This document shows positions 1-12,500 of a DNA stretch of 64,000 nucleotides, in pieces (position 1 is the first letter of the stretch; the number at the start of each line of letters is the position of its first letter). Made by a program: the position numbers and the translations under genes. This DNA comes from Moniliella sp. 'wahieum' (Eukaryota). The DNA is taken from positions 124,001 to 188,000 of the forward strand of contig RSEE01000013.1 in NCBI GenBank assembly GCA_003971905.1, written 5' to 3'. The notes below the pieces were generated by a model. The model worked only from the letters and a program-made list of their open reading frames with translations, searched no databases and was not told where the DNA came from.

Positions 1-227
1 AAAAGAAAGTGAACATTTGAAAGTTGCTCGGAGGTTACTTTAACTTCCACTGGTGGCCTGGCGGCGCCAAACGGAGGGCCCTGTGAGTGCAGTACCAAGT
101 ACCGCCCGCCGCGCCAGGGGCTGTCGACAGTCCTTGGACCGCCACCACCTCTCACCACCGCTCTTCTCGCCTCGCACCTACCCCTATCGCCTGCCCCGCT
201 GTGTGCGGTGCTTTCGCGTCCTCTGCC

Positions 228-3147
228 ATGTTCTCCCGCACCCATGCAGCGCGTCCGAGTGCCGCTTCCAGCACAGGCACCAGCGGCAAGCGCGATGCCT
301 GGGCCAGCCGGTATGCCATGTTCCCCCCCACACCTGGACGCAGCTGACCATCTTTTCTTTGTAGATACACTTCAGGCCTTTCCGAGTTTGGCGATGAACG
401 GGAGCGCACCTTGTCCTGGGAAGACGACCGTGCTGCCATTCGCGCACGCCAACAAGCCGTCCAGGCAACCAATTTGGGTCTCCGCCTCGGTCTAGCAGCA
501 TTAGCCGAGATCTGCATTCATCCGTATCGATCCCGCCAGGATTTTCGGGCTCTGCATCTATGGAGAGCCTCCCGGGATCTTTTCGCGGAAGCGACTTCAA
601 TCCCGACGTCAGCGCAGCTGATATCAGTGCGTCCTCGGCGCGCGGCGGCAACATTGGCTTCACCTTCCCGAGCCTACCTTCCAACGAATCAGGGATGACC
701 GCCCAGTGTGATCCTCCAGTTGGCAGCAATCATTTGATTCCAGACCCGGACACGAGCCAATTGTCGAGAGTGGTGGGAAGTGTGATCGAGCCGCGGGAGA
801 AGCGGGAACGCTGGCATTGTACCGACTGTGGTCTTATCTTCCCCCGTGATAGCACCATCTTTGCTCCCCCTACGAGCATCCCAACTGCCACAACTGGCTC
901 TGTACGAGCTCCGGGTACGGGATCGGACCCGGTACGGCCCGACGCTGGCGCTGAGCCCTCGTCTTATTTCTGCCGTCACTGCTATACGAAAAGATTCAGT
1001 CTCGGGCAATGTGCCGAATGCGGGGGCGACATTCTGGGTACTACGCGGCAAGATGGAGCTTTCGTCCGTGCGCCTTCTACGGGGGCTATGTACCATGGAC
1101 GGTGCTATGCGTGTGTCCACTGCGGCATCGCCTCGGCTCCTCCGCCTCTGGGGGATGGAGCAACAATATTGATCGGCATGCACGGTCTTCCATTGTGTGA
1201 GATGTGCTTTGATAACGATCCACAAGCGCCTCGTCAAGACCGCGCGGCCTGGACATACCACTCGAAAAGTTTGGACCCAGGACAAGACCCTGACATGAGC
1301 ACTTCCTCTCCTCGTCGTAAGGATGCCCGATCAAAAGCGATTGACGAGTTGCATGAACGTCTTCACCAACCCCTCAAGGCCGAGAAGCTTAAATCAGACC
1401 CGAAACCAGCGCCCCCTCCCGTTTCTACACCTTGTTCACCATCACTCCTAGAGGCAGAGGCTACCCCGCGTCCGCGTTGGGGATCTTTTCCGGCTTTCCC
1501 CGGACTAAACCCATGAATCCCGACGAATTGAAACCGACTTCACTTCCTTCCGTCAAGCCCCGGGCACTTACACGGTCTAGTCCGAGGGTGAAGGATGTGG
1601 CCGCAGCCTTTGAAGCGGGTGCGCCAGCTCTGAAAGCCCGCCCCGGCTGGGCAGCCAGTTTGCCTGCTTCTCCCGCCAAATCAGTCCTGCGGCCGTCTTC
1701 AGCTGTGGCTTCCACGCCGGCGGCATTCTCGAATGTATCCAAGCCCCGGCCCATTCCTATACGCAAGTGGCATCCTCTTCGGGCCTGCGTACCCCCAGCC
1801 CTCAACGTACTCTACCCGACCAAACTCGTTCCTCGCCCATTCGGCCTTCGTTTGGAAATGATTCTCCCCTGCATACACCCACAAGCCCTTCGACTCATCG
1901 ACTTTTCGAACAGTTGTCCATCAGGCCTACCTCGTCAATCAAACCAAGCATGTCGGCTTTGGAGGATCTACCGGAGGTTAGCCCAAGTCTTTCCAATCCT
2001 CCCAGCTTGATGAAGAGCTACGAAGACGGCAGAGGCCTATGGCACCCCGATGACCCCAGTGTAACCCCCAACATATCGAAAGATGCACCCCCCTTTGCCC
2101 CTCGCCTGCATTCTGACCCTTCTTTGGGTGCCGAGACTCACTCGGTCAGCATTTGTGCCCGCTGTGGACAGCCTCCGTTTGCTGGGCCTCAACAGGGCGC
2201 CGAAGAGTCGGTCATGGTCGCTGTGCCAGGGGACTTGGAGTTACATGTGGAATGCTTTACCTGCTCCGTTTGCACTTTGCCTATTGATGGAACCAAGCCG
2301 TTTGTGCGTGCGCCGCGAGAGGAAGCAACGAACGGGGAATGATGCGGTGCGGTTCTCCCATTCCAAGTGTGCCCCGCGGGTGGTGCCCATTCAACGTCAA
2401 GTTGTTGTCCCCGCCCTACCCCCACGACCGAGCCGGTTGCCCCCAAGATCATGCCACGTTCCAGCGCACTCCCAAGCCGGCACAAGGGGCGTCGCCATCT
2501 CTATTTGCGTCCCAGGACCACAGCACAGTCGAATGCCTACCCAAGAGCTCAGCCCCCACTGGGTTCTCATCAGTGCTGGCCACATCGGCACGATAGGGCG
2601 GGCTTAGTGAGCGCACCGCAGCCGGGTGCCTCCCAGCCGGTGCATCAGTTCCGCTCCACTGCTGGTGCGCCCCTTTGTCTCGGTCCACTCTCTTTGGTTC
2701 ACGTTCAGGAGCTGGGGGGGGATCGGTACGGAACCCAAAAGCAATCCAGCAGCCGGATTCTTTGCTAGAGCATCTGCCCCACACTGGGACCGAGCGACAA
2801 AGGCAATATGGTCTTGCCGTCTCTACCGCGTACGGGGGCTATGGGGGTATGACTCCATGCCCGCTTTGCCAGCGGATGCTTACCTCGATCGAGGGTGTGC
2901 CCGCCCGCGTGGGACGAGGTGGCACAGGCTTGTCTTTTTGTCGCGGCACTCTTCCGTCAGCAAGCCGTGTCGCAAGTCGCTCGACTCGGGTGCCAAGGTC
3001 GATCCGGACGGTCGCGTATTGTGTCGCGAATGCTTTGACTCGGCGGCCCGTGCGTGCGGCCTCCCCCGAGACCAACTACCTAAGACAACGCCTACTTGCC
3101 TCTACACTCATACTCAAGCCGACCGAACGATCTATCGTAACTTGTAA
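228..3147 (+). CDS. Multi-LIM-domain (zinc finger) protein with long Pro/Ser-rich linkers; frameshifted in this assembly
   Basis: ATG 228; intron 311-364 (GTATGC...GCTGAC...TAG). LIM-type motifs across ORF pieces: CTDCG...FCRHCY, CAECG...YHGRCYACVHCG...LCEMCF, CARCG...LHVECFTCSVC...HSKC, CPLCQ...RWHR...CRKSLDSG...LCRECFD. Confidence 0.8.
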
Positions 3148-6100
3148 CTAGCTTAACTCTTCCATCTCTTGATAACCGTATCCCGCCTCTTCCACCAACT
3201 GAAATCACTGTATCTCTCCCTCCTCCAACAGGAAGGAGGACGTGAACAATATATCGACGCCCCCGCACAGTTCGCAATACATCCTTTTCCCAGCCCATCC
3301 ACGATTGGTGTTCAATTCAATGCCAGACAAGAAGGTATCATGGCGGGCCCCGGTAGACGTATCAGTCTGGTAACCACTATTAACCGGCTATGAACCGGAG
3401 ATGAGTGGCTGAGCGGCGCGCGCTGAGGAACTGATGGGACGTGCCGTTTGTGTTCGTGCGCAATATAGACGCGTGTGGCTGTCGCTGGGCCGTCCCAACG
3501 GTTGCCGGCGTGCAACCGCCTACTTGACCTGGGACGGGGGATGGTGGTGGTATGGGTCGGGTGGGATGATGCTACTGATGGTAGAATTTGAAGCGCTGCG
3601 TTGGAGAGGGTGGACATGGGACACAGCAGGAGGCCCATTGAGTTTGAGTCCGCGCTTAGTGTAGTACAAACCTGCGCGGAGCAGCCACTCCATCCGCTTG
3701 GCTCGTGGGCTGACCCAAGGACACTGGGCCCGTGCGGCCCCCGTGGGCGGCGGCCGGAATTGAATTTTGTTGAGGGACTGGTCCAATTGGTTGCAATTCT
3801 AGTCGCGCGGTGGAACTCCGCTGTTCAATCAGCCAGAGCACTCACACATTCATCGATGGCCAGACGCCCCCCAGCACAACCCTAGGATGCAAGCTGGGGC
3901 CTGGGCAGGCCTGGGCGCCTCTGTCCCGCCGGCTGCTGCGCTCGAGATGGTTTTTTTGGTGTTTGAGAGGCGTGAACACGTAAGAGAAGGTTAAACAGAT
4001 AGACTGGGTAGGCTGCCCCCGTTTGGGGGATCGGCGCCCGTCCGAGTGATGCGAGTGATGCCTTTTTGCTTGATCTTATGATAGCCTACTGAATATTGAT
4101 GGGCCCTAGGCAAGCCACTTGGATGAATACGCCAGGCGCAAGGCCAGTCGGAAATGGGTGCACACACCGTTGATTATATGCATCCCACGCATCCTGCGCC
4201 TTGAAACTTTTGAGAGCTGAAGCGCGTACGTGCTTCATTCCCGCACGGAGCAGTGTGGCGGACAGACTTGCACCACTGCCTTCTGGCTTATTGTTAAACC
4301 TTTTCTCCCATTGCCTGCATATATACCCCCGTCGTCCGTGCTCCTCCTCGCGGCCTTGCCCCCATTGCACACCTCTCTCTCAGCCGTCAGATCCCCATTC
4401 ACGGTCCACCCTTTCAATCCACCGCCCATGTCTCTGTTGCGCCCCATGTGCAGCTTTGGGCTGCGAAGCACCTTACCGCTCGTCCATCAGCAGGCCTCAG
4501 CATTGCCCTTCCTCCGGCAGCGTCTTCAGATGCCTGAGGACCACGACGTCGGCTGCAATACCGACCTGCTTGGCGGCCGAGGGCATGCACCCCGCACGAT
4601 TAAGCAAAGTGCTCGGCCCTCGCCCCAACCGCATCCACTGCCTTGCATGTCATGGCATTTCCAAGTGGAAAGCAAGAAGACGAGAAGCGCACGTGGCGCC
4701 TTCACTGAACGGAGAGCCTCTTCCCTTTGACGGACTCATTCTTCCCCCGCTCACTCCGCACTCTGTCGACTCGCTTCCTGCACCCAACCGAACAACCCGG
4801 TTGAGCCAAGCCATGTCCTTCTCCCAACTACTCAGCAGTCGGGTAAGTGCTAGTGCGACAAAAAGAGGCACAAAAGACATACTGCTTCCGTATATAATAC
4901 ACGACCAACAATGGGATGGTCCATAACCTCTCAATGCTTGGCGCGTCCACTTCACAAGGCCTTTATCCACACATGTGCTGCTTTTTCATCGTCTTTGCGT
5001 CTCCACCGCAACACGAAGTCATGTTCATTCTCTGGGAATGATTCCAACGCTGTATACCCCCTCTCAAAGCAAATTTGGGACCAATTGATCATACGCCTGC
5101 TTCTCTTATATCTTTAACTGTTCGAGAAGCACATATTTAGCAATACTATGCTAGTACTATCAGTGTATAGTACTCTGAGGCATCCTATAACCTTCACTCG
5201 AGCTTGTTGACTGTATCCCCCGCTTCCAGTCGGTAGACCAGGTCGTCTCGGTTCCATCGGCTTCCACGCTGGTGTCCCAACGTGTCACTGCCCCTGTGCC
5301 GTGCATTTTCTCCTGTGTGCCTCACTAGCCCTGTGCCTAGTCTGGCCTCCTATATAGATGCCTCTGTACCCAGACCCAACTCTGGCTCCAATCCATCACC
5401 TCTCCTCATCCTCCTGCCCGTCCGGCTCCCTAGGCCAAAAGCTGATCATTAATTACCTCTTGGATCATTGATGTAGGACCCACAACGTGGCCCTTGTCTA
5501 TATCGAAGAAAGATGCTCCCTTTGAGTGAGCGTTTTCGGCCCCAAACTAGTACCTAAACGACTATAAGAATTTTCTCTCTGTGTGAGAGTCGAAACACGT
5601 AGAACCAACAAGCCCCATTAAGGACAAGGCAATGTCTCTTCGTTGGTAGAGCAGAGAAGTACTGGCCATGAATGATTAATCAGAGGTGAAAGAAGGATTA
5701 CCGGATCATACTACCGAACGAGGACTGCGACATGTTGAGCCATCGGGTGGCTCGTGCTTCGGCCAATGACGACACTCTTCTCGAGAGAGTATTGTATGAC
5801 TGGAAGCATTGATCTACATCTATATCGCACACTCCCTTTTTTCATGACAGCAGAAGAGCTTAGAGGGCAACAGTGGTTGAAAGACAGAATTGTGGGGACT
5901 ATAGGCCCCAAAAAGGAAAAAGGTTGAAAGGAACGAATCACAGGGAAAGCGCACTATAGATTGATCAAGTTCCGGGAGGCCTGAGCCAACCTGCGTGGAA
6001 GCACAAACTGTCGGCAGTCACCTCCTAAAGCGTAGGAACAAGCCAAGCAAATCACATGTCTTAAGAAATGATGGCCCTCGACGGTCCTCGTCAAAGTTTC

Positions 6101-7199
6101 AACCAACTATTTGCCTATTTTCTCGGTATATACGTTGAAAATGCGCGGGAGGATTGGCACGACATGATGTGCATGACGGACGTATAAACCACCATGTCCG
6201 TATGACGAGCATACCCGGTATAACCTGTAACCGTAATCCCGGGATATTCACAGAGCCGGTGGTGTCCTGCCGTGCCTGGTAGAAGAGAAAGGGCGTTCGC
6301 TGTGATATGGCGCGCCGAATGGGTTTGCATGACGTTTTTCGCTTGGGTCATACTGACTTGCACACAGCTAACATAACAAGACAGTCCCTCGGCCTAAGGC
6401 CTAATACATCATCTAGTCACGAACTTCGGTTATACGCAACTTGAAGCTTGAAGCTTGACAGACCGTCCATGAAAGTCTATATAGGCGTGTATCTCTCAAG
6501 CAGTGTACAGCCGTGGAAAGCTCAATATGGATGGTGTGGTTGTAGCAGTGTTGTATTCTTCCTCCTTCCGATAAAAAGGCAAAAGAGAGGAACCTGTGGG
6601 TATCATCCGTAGTATATACTATACTCCCCCTGCGGTGGTAAGATCAAGATGCGATGTTTGTGCCTGGCTGGGTCTAGCTCTTTCGGCATGTGCGTAATGT
6701 AACGCCAAGCACTTCCATGCACTTCCATCAGAATAGAAATGTTGACATTGAGGAGCCACAGGAGGCCACAGGTATCGAATTGTCTTGGTTGACCTTTCTG
6801 CAGGAAGATATCATGTTCAACATAAGCTTCCGTTGTTGTACGGCGTTTTGTTTGCGCAACCCCCAAACCCTTTCCCGCACATGGGGATGCATGGCTTGGT
6901 CGGCCAGCCTGTGCCACATATCCACCTTCATTCACACATGTGGGGGTACTTATCATGCTTGGGTTCCTAGTAGGTAGATTCACACAGTGTGCCCTATATA
7001 GTCCCTGATCATGCCCACATAGCCGTTTTATACTGTGACTTTCAAAGCTGTAAGCAACTCATGGGGAGAGTACCAAAACAATAACCGGTTGCTACTACCC
7101 CGGGGGCTCACGATGGAAGCGCCTTTTAAGTTTCATCCGCTCTTTCCGAATTGTTCCCTTACCATCATCGTGCATTTCTGCTGGTAGCCACTGACGAGG

Positions 7200-8946
7200 A
7201 TGAGCAGAGGCATGACAGATCGGGAAGTGACCCTTGGATCACATGAGGCAGAAATTCGAGCCTGGGCAAGTGATGTGGCCCACGATGAACTTCTCAACCC
7301 GGGGACGGATCCCGTTGCTTTCACCATCTCCAGCACTGACGGTGTTGCAGGCGAACAATCGACTGAAGGCGCACTAAACGACGGCCTCCACTATGTGGGC
7401 GCCACCGATGACCGCATGACGGAAGCATCTAGCCAAGAGACGGGAATTTCGTCTGGCTCAATGGTGCGCTACTTCATTCTGAAGTGCCCAAGCCGTTCTC
7501 AAATCCTGAAAGCCATCAAAAATGCCTCACTCTGGCCCATTTCACCCGAACTAGGCGAACGCTTGCTCAAAGCATTGGTGAACGATGATATCGTCATCGT
7601 CTTTTTTGGCGCAACAGACACTCGTCATTTTGTTGCCTGCGCTCATGTCACCGGCATCAAGGCAAGCAAGAGCGATCTGTTGATTCAGGTTGCTTCCCCC
7701 CCGCTGAGTCTATCGGATCTGAGTAGTGCCTTTCCTCGTGCCAATTTGCCGCTGTTAAACGCTTTATCTGACCCACACTCTGATATGATTACACTTCTAT
7801 TAATTCAGTCGCAGCTGGAAAAGTTGATCGTGGCTCTCTGCATTCCATTGAGACCGGTTCCCACCCCTATCGGATGCCGAGGAGGATCTCCAGAACATGT
7901 TGGAGTACAAGGAGCGTGGTTTGGAGGCGTCGATTTGGAACCTCACTAAGGAAGAAATCGTGTTTAAACGGCGGAAAGAACATCTCATGGCAGAGCTAGC
8001 TCTCCTTCGAAAGCAGCCTCAAATGACTGTCTCATCCAAGAAAACATTTACGAAGCGGAACCACGCTTCCAATGAAACACAGCCGACCGATACAGAAGCG
8101 TTACGAAAGGAGTCTTTCTCTCATACCGAGCCAACTACGAGAGATGGGGGGGTTAAAACGACCCAGTCAACGTCCTCCTTAACAGACAAGGGTTCATTAG
8201 ACGAAGGCCTACGTCGCACTGTGCTTACACAAGCATGGCAAGCCTCACAGATCAAGAACGCATCAACAGGCACTGGTACTGACGAGACTCCCAATGGCAA
8301 ATCCCCCTCTACCAAAGACCCCACCAAGGATGGGCAGGGAACGAAGAATCTACCCAGTGTTGGCGATCAAGCCTCAGATTCAGATTCACCACTTCATGTC
8401 CCCTCCACTACCAACAGCAATGTGAGCGATACAGCAGCTTCACAAAGCACACCCGAAACGTCGAATAATGCCGACCCATCGCACGCATTCGCCGGCCTGA
8501 CAATCCGTACCACGGTCAAACACATCGTACCATCTGAATTGGGAAACGAAAGTGAGGCGGCTGAAAACGCTGTCTTTACCCCTGGGGTGAGAACGGGACT
8601 CGGTTCGGATCACACTGTTGAGGTGGAATCAATCATCCGCGAGCCGTTCGTAATTGTCGACGTGTTGCTTACCAACCCTCTTCCTTTTTCGTTGCTGGCG
8701 GAGCGCAAGTGCGCAACAGTTGGCACAGCGCATTCTCTCTCCGAAAGCAACCGGGCCGGTTCGTACACAGAGTACCTGACGGGACAGAGTTGGCTCCTGA
8801 AACAGGCCTCGAACTTCTGTCGTTTTGGGCCGGTCTGGAGGAGACTCCGATCTGCCCACATGTGGACGTCACTGGTCCAAATCCCCATCGACTGTGGGAA
8901 GTACGTTGACCGAATCGGACTATTTCTCGAACAACGACGCCGATGA
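7200..8946 (+). CDS. Divergent YTH-domain-like protein (domain split by a long low-complexity insert); boundaries and introns uncertain
   Basis: RYFILKCPSRSQILKAIKNASLWPISPELGERLLKALVNDDIVIVFFGATDTRHFVACAHVTG aligns by eye with the YTH N-half pattern (RyFiiKS...GvW.....L..Af.....V.LfFSv..S..FqG.A.m.S). FVIVDVLLTNPLPF and QIPIDCG resemble the C-half. Candidate introns at about 7662-7808 (GC-AG) and a GTACGT donor at 8901. Confidence 0.6.
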
Positions 8947-9590
8947 TTCCGAGGACGGTTCATCGTCTCCCTCCGAGTAGTAGTGGGTGCGCTGCGTGCG
9001 CCCTGGGGAAATTAACAGAGCACATGCGCCATCAAGCCCTGTGGCCCCGCGGTCGAGGTACTTCTCCAAGCGTTGCCAGTCTGCGGTTATTTTCTGCTGG
9101 TCATCACCTGTATCACTCTCTGTGGTCTACCTCTTTCCTATACTTATGTACCGGGTGAGATGGATTGTACAGAGAGGAAGAGAGGGGGAATAGGAAACAA
9201 TTCGCATCCAGTACCTGCTCTTATATGCGATCATCGTGATCTCGGGCATATAATAGTCACCAGCATTAATCCCTCTACTGTTACTGTATCTAACCCTATA
9301 TAGTGTCGCTAACAAAAACCCCCTGCTGTGGCCACTGGTCGCTCCTCAGCCAAATGACAGGCCGTATGACAGTGTACCATCTCTCCTTTTGGGGGCACAA
9401 AATTGGTTGCATTTTATGAAAAGGGAATACGATTTCCAAGCACTTTTTGCTCATGCACATCAGGCAGCAGGAGGAATGAATGAAGAGCATGTTTGTTGTC
9501 ATTCAGAAGACCAAAAGAAAAGTTCGTCCGAAAAATTATATAACCATTGCGTGCGGATGAATTGCTGCCAGCGTGGTAAGCCGATATAGG

Positions 9591-12500
9591 TTAGAACACA
9601 CCCCCAACCATTCATTCGCATTCCCATGCCTTGCATAGGCATTCTCGTAAGCTGTGGTACTAATCCCGTTGGAGCAGCGGTGATGAGACGAGGACCCATA
9701 CTGGCGCCGGGACCAAGGATGGGCATATTGCCATCCTCCTCTTCCTTTTGGGCACTCTTGCCTGCAGACCAGCCAACTGCTTGGTCAAGTCCTTGAGCAG
9801 CGTGTTGTGCGTCGCCGTCTTTTGGACCATGTATGGCTGCACAAAGTCTGAAGGAATTCCCTTCCGCCAACGCATTTCCTGAACATAATCATCCTCCAGC
9901 AGCCACTCGCAAGCATAGAGCATAGCCGCCGTTGCCTCCCAATTGCCGAGGGAGACAATGTAGTCGAACAAAGACTTGGCCACCTGGCTGTTGTTTGACT
10001 CGCTCGCCGTCGCGATTGCATCTTTCAGTAGACGGTCCCGCTGTGACAGGGCAATCGATCATCCCACAACTTGAGCCGATTGTAGAGGTAGACGGCGATC
10101 CGACGAAATTCAAGCAGTTCCGACTTCTCTAGGCGGCGTGCGAGTTCAATCATGCCAAACGATTCGACTGTGCTGAGCAGAGAACGGAGCTGGGCATAAT
10201 CTTCCTCCTCAATCAGCAGATCAAACACGGCTTCGTTCACTTCGGGGATGTCGAGTTTGATCCCGGAAAGGAGAAATCCCGAAGCGAGAGGGAACTGATC
10301 CGCCTTTTTCAGCATCCGCACCACACGGCCTTGGTCCAGTCGCTTAGTCGAGCCCAGAGTAATTAGAAGGTCGTTCAGACGAAGAGGATGCTGCCGGAGG
10401 TAGAAATTGATAGCACGATAAAAGATCTCAACGTTGGACACGCGTGTGATCAAGTCTTTGAACCCTTCGTGCGTCAGGTCCTCCCATACCACCACTCGAT
10501 CCATCGCCATCATCGCTGCCTCGTCGTTCTCCGAATCTTTGGTTAAGCAGAAGGCGGCTTCGGGGTAGAGGGCGTACTGCTCACACATACGCGCCACGGG
10601 GGGAAGGTTGATCCGGGACCAATGAAGTTTAAGGTACTCCATCAGCTTAACTGGCTGGTACTTGGCTAGGCTCTGAGCGCATAATGTGAAGAGAGCTTTG
10701 CTAGCGCTCTCTAGGCCCAGCCCCGCCTGGAGGAGGTCGATCAGGTCATCAAACAGTCCCAAGCCTCGTATGCACGAGTTAGAGCGCGCAGCTCCTCTGC
10801 ATGGCCCACGACAGCCAGGCCAGCAATCTGTGCGAGTTTGTATTCGCCCTTCTTGAGGCAAGCAGCGTGCACCTGCTTCCACACGGCCGTATTGCCTGCC
10901 TTGCGTGCCGCTTCGACCGCCGTTGGTAGTCACCAAGGAAAACAAGGGTAGTGGCCAAGCGGGCATAGTTGGACACGCTAGTGAATAGCATCTTTGCTGC
11001 CTCATAGAGAGCATCATTGAAGCACTTCTCCCCCACCGACAGCAGGTCCGCTACATTGGTCATGTTCAAGAACTCTTCCATATCCGAAAGTCGGTTCGAC
11101 TTGGCCAAGCAGTAGGCATATTCTGTGTCGATGAGCGGCTCGCGGGCTTTCTTGCGGGCCATCTGGAGGAACCGAATCAACTCCTCCTCCCTTCCCGCAC
11201 GCTCGGCGACCTCGATCACCTCGCTAAAATGAGACGGTCTTCCGCCCGAATGAACGAGTCAATGGCGTCCTTAACCCGCAGTCCGTCCAGCTGGGCTTTG
11301 GCCAGGCGAGACCAAAGCTCAGGCTGGTCGAGCTTGTGGCAAAGACCGCGCGGTCTATCGACACGATGTGCTCGACCAACACGTTCATAGCGTCCAACGG
11401 CGCTGGGCCTTCTGATAGATCTTGAGAGCCTCTTCGTACAGACCATTGTCGATAGTAATTTTGGCAATTTCATCTTCGTCGTACTCTTGGAGACGCTCGA
11501 TCAGGCTCATGACCTTACCTTGTCTGTCCGTACGGCGGTAAGAAGAAGGAGGTTCTGCAGGGAACGGTTGTCATGAAAGCCGAGGGCTCCAGGATCTTTC
11601 TAGTAGCTCAATCAGCTCATGAGGCAAATCGGCCGCCATAAATGCCTTGACCGTCACTGAAACGTCCTCGGGGTTGGTTGACTCTGGCACGGCCGTCGCA
11701 ACGACCTGGTCGATCAGATGGCGGCGGTGCACGTTCTCCGACGTGAGCACTTGGTCCCAGAGTGCTAGGTTCCGACGGAGTACGAGGTACCGAGCCTGGT
11801 GTTTAACATCCTGTTCTCATTGGTAACGCGAACCAGATCCTCATCGCAAAAGCCCTTGGCATAAGCAATGTAGGCCAAGAATGGGTCTCGCTTCTCAGAG
11901 TAGCTACCGATCAACTTGGGGTCATAGAGGGAGTTCTCTTTCAGGAATTGTTCGGGGTTGTGGTTCGTGTCAATGTAGATCTTGGCCAATGCGTTGTACA
12001 ACGCTTGGTCCGTTTTCCCCGCCGTGACGCGGTTTCGATCCAGGGCAGGATGAGCTTGAGGCGATTGCGCTTCTCCACTTCGCCAACGAGGTCGTCGACG
12101 GAGAAGTGGCCCGTGACAGAGGCCAGCAAGTTCTTGATCACCCCCTCATCAGTCAACGTCTAGAAGAGCCCCAATGACTTCGGGTGTGCGTTCCGAATTA
12201 ACCCGTTGAACATATGTCCCATGAACTGGGGCATCATTTCTGATACAAGTAGAGCACCAGGTCATGAACATAGTCGAACCGGTCGCATACAATAATGAGA
12301 GGCAGTTGGTCTTGGAGCTTGGCCTCTTTGAGGAAATTTTTGACCTTTTCGGGATTGTAGTAGTTGGACTCGCGTACGACGCGCTCCACCTCGCGGATTT
12401 GACCTGTGCGAGTAGCAGCTGAATGTACTTGAAGTGTACCTCTGGATCTGTCGACAAGTTGACCACCGAACCAAGGTAGTAGTACAGCCCCTCGAAGCTC

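Noticed and set aside
4230..4926. ORFs 4201-4926 and 4230-4730 (MSLLRPMCSFGLRS.. looks like a mitochondrial presequence)
   Set aside because: No recognisable domain in any frame; cannot support a gene call.
6603..6983. Several overlapping 60-126 aa ORFs in the low-GC island
   Set aside because: No motif, transposase or reverse-transcriptase signature recognised.
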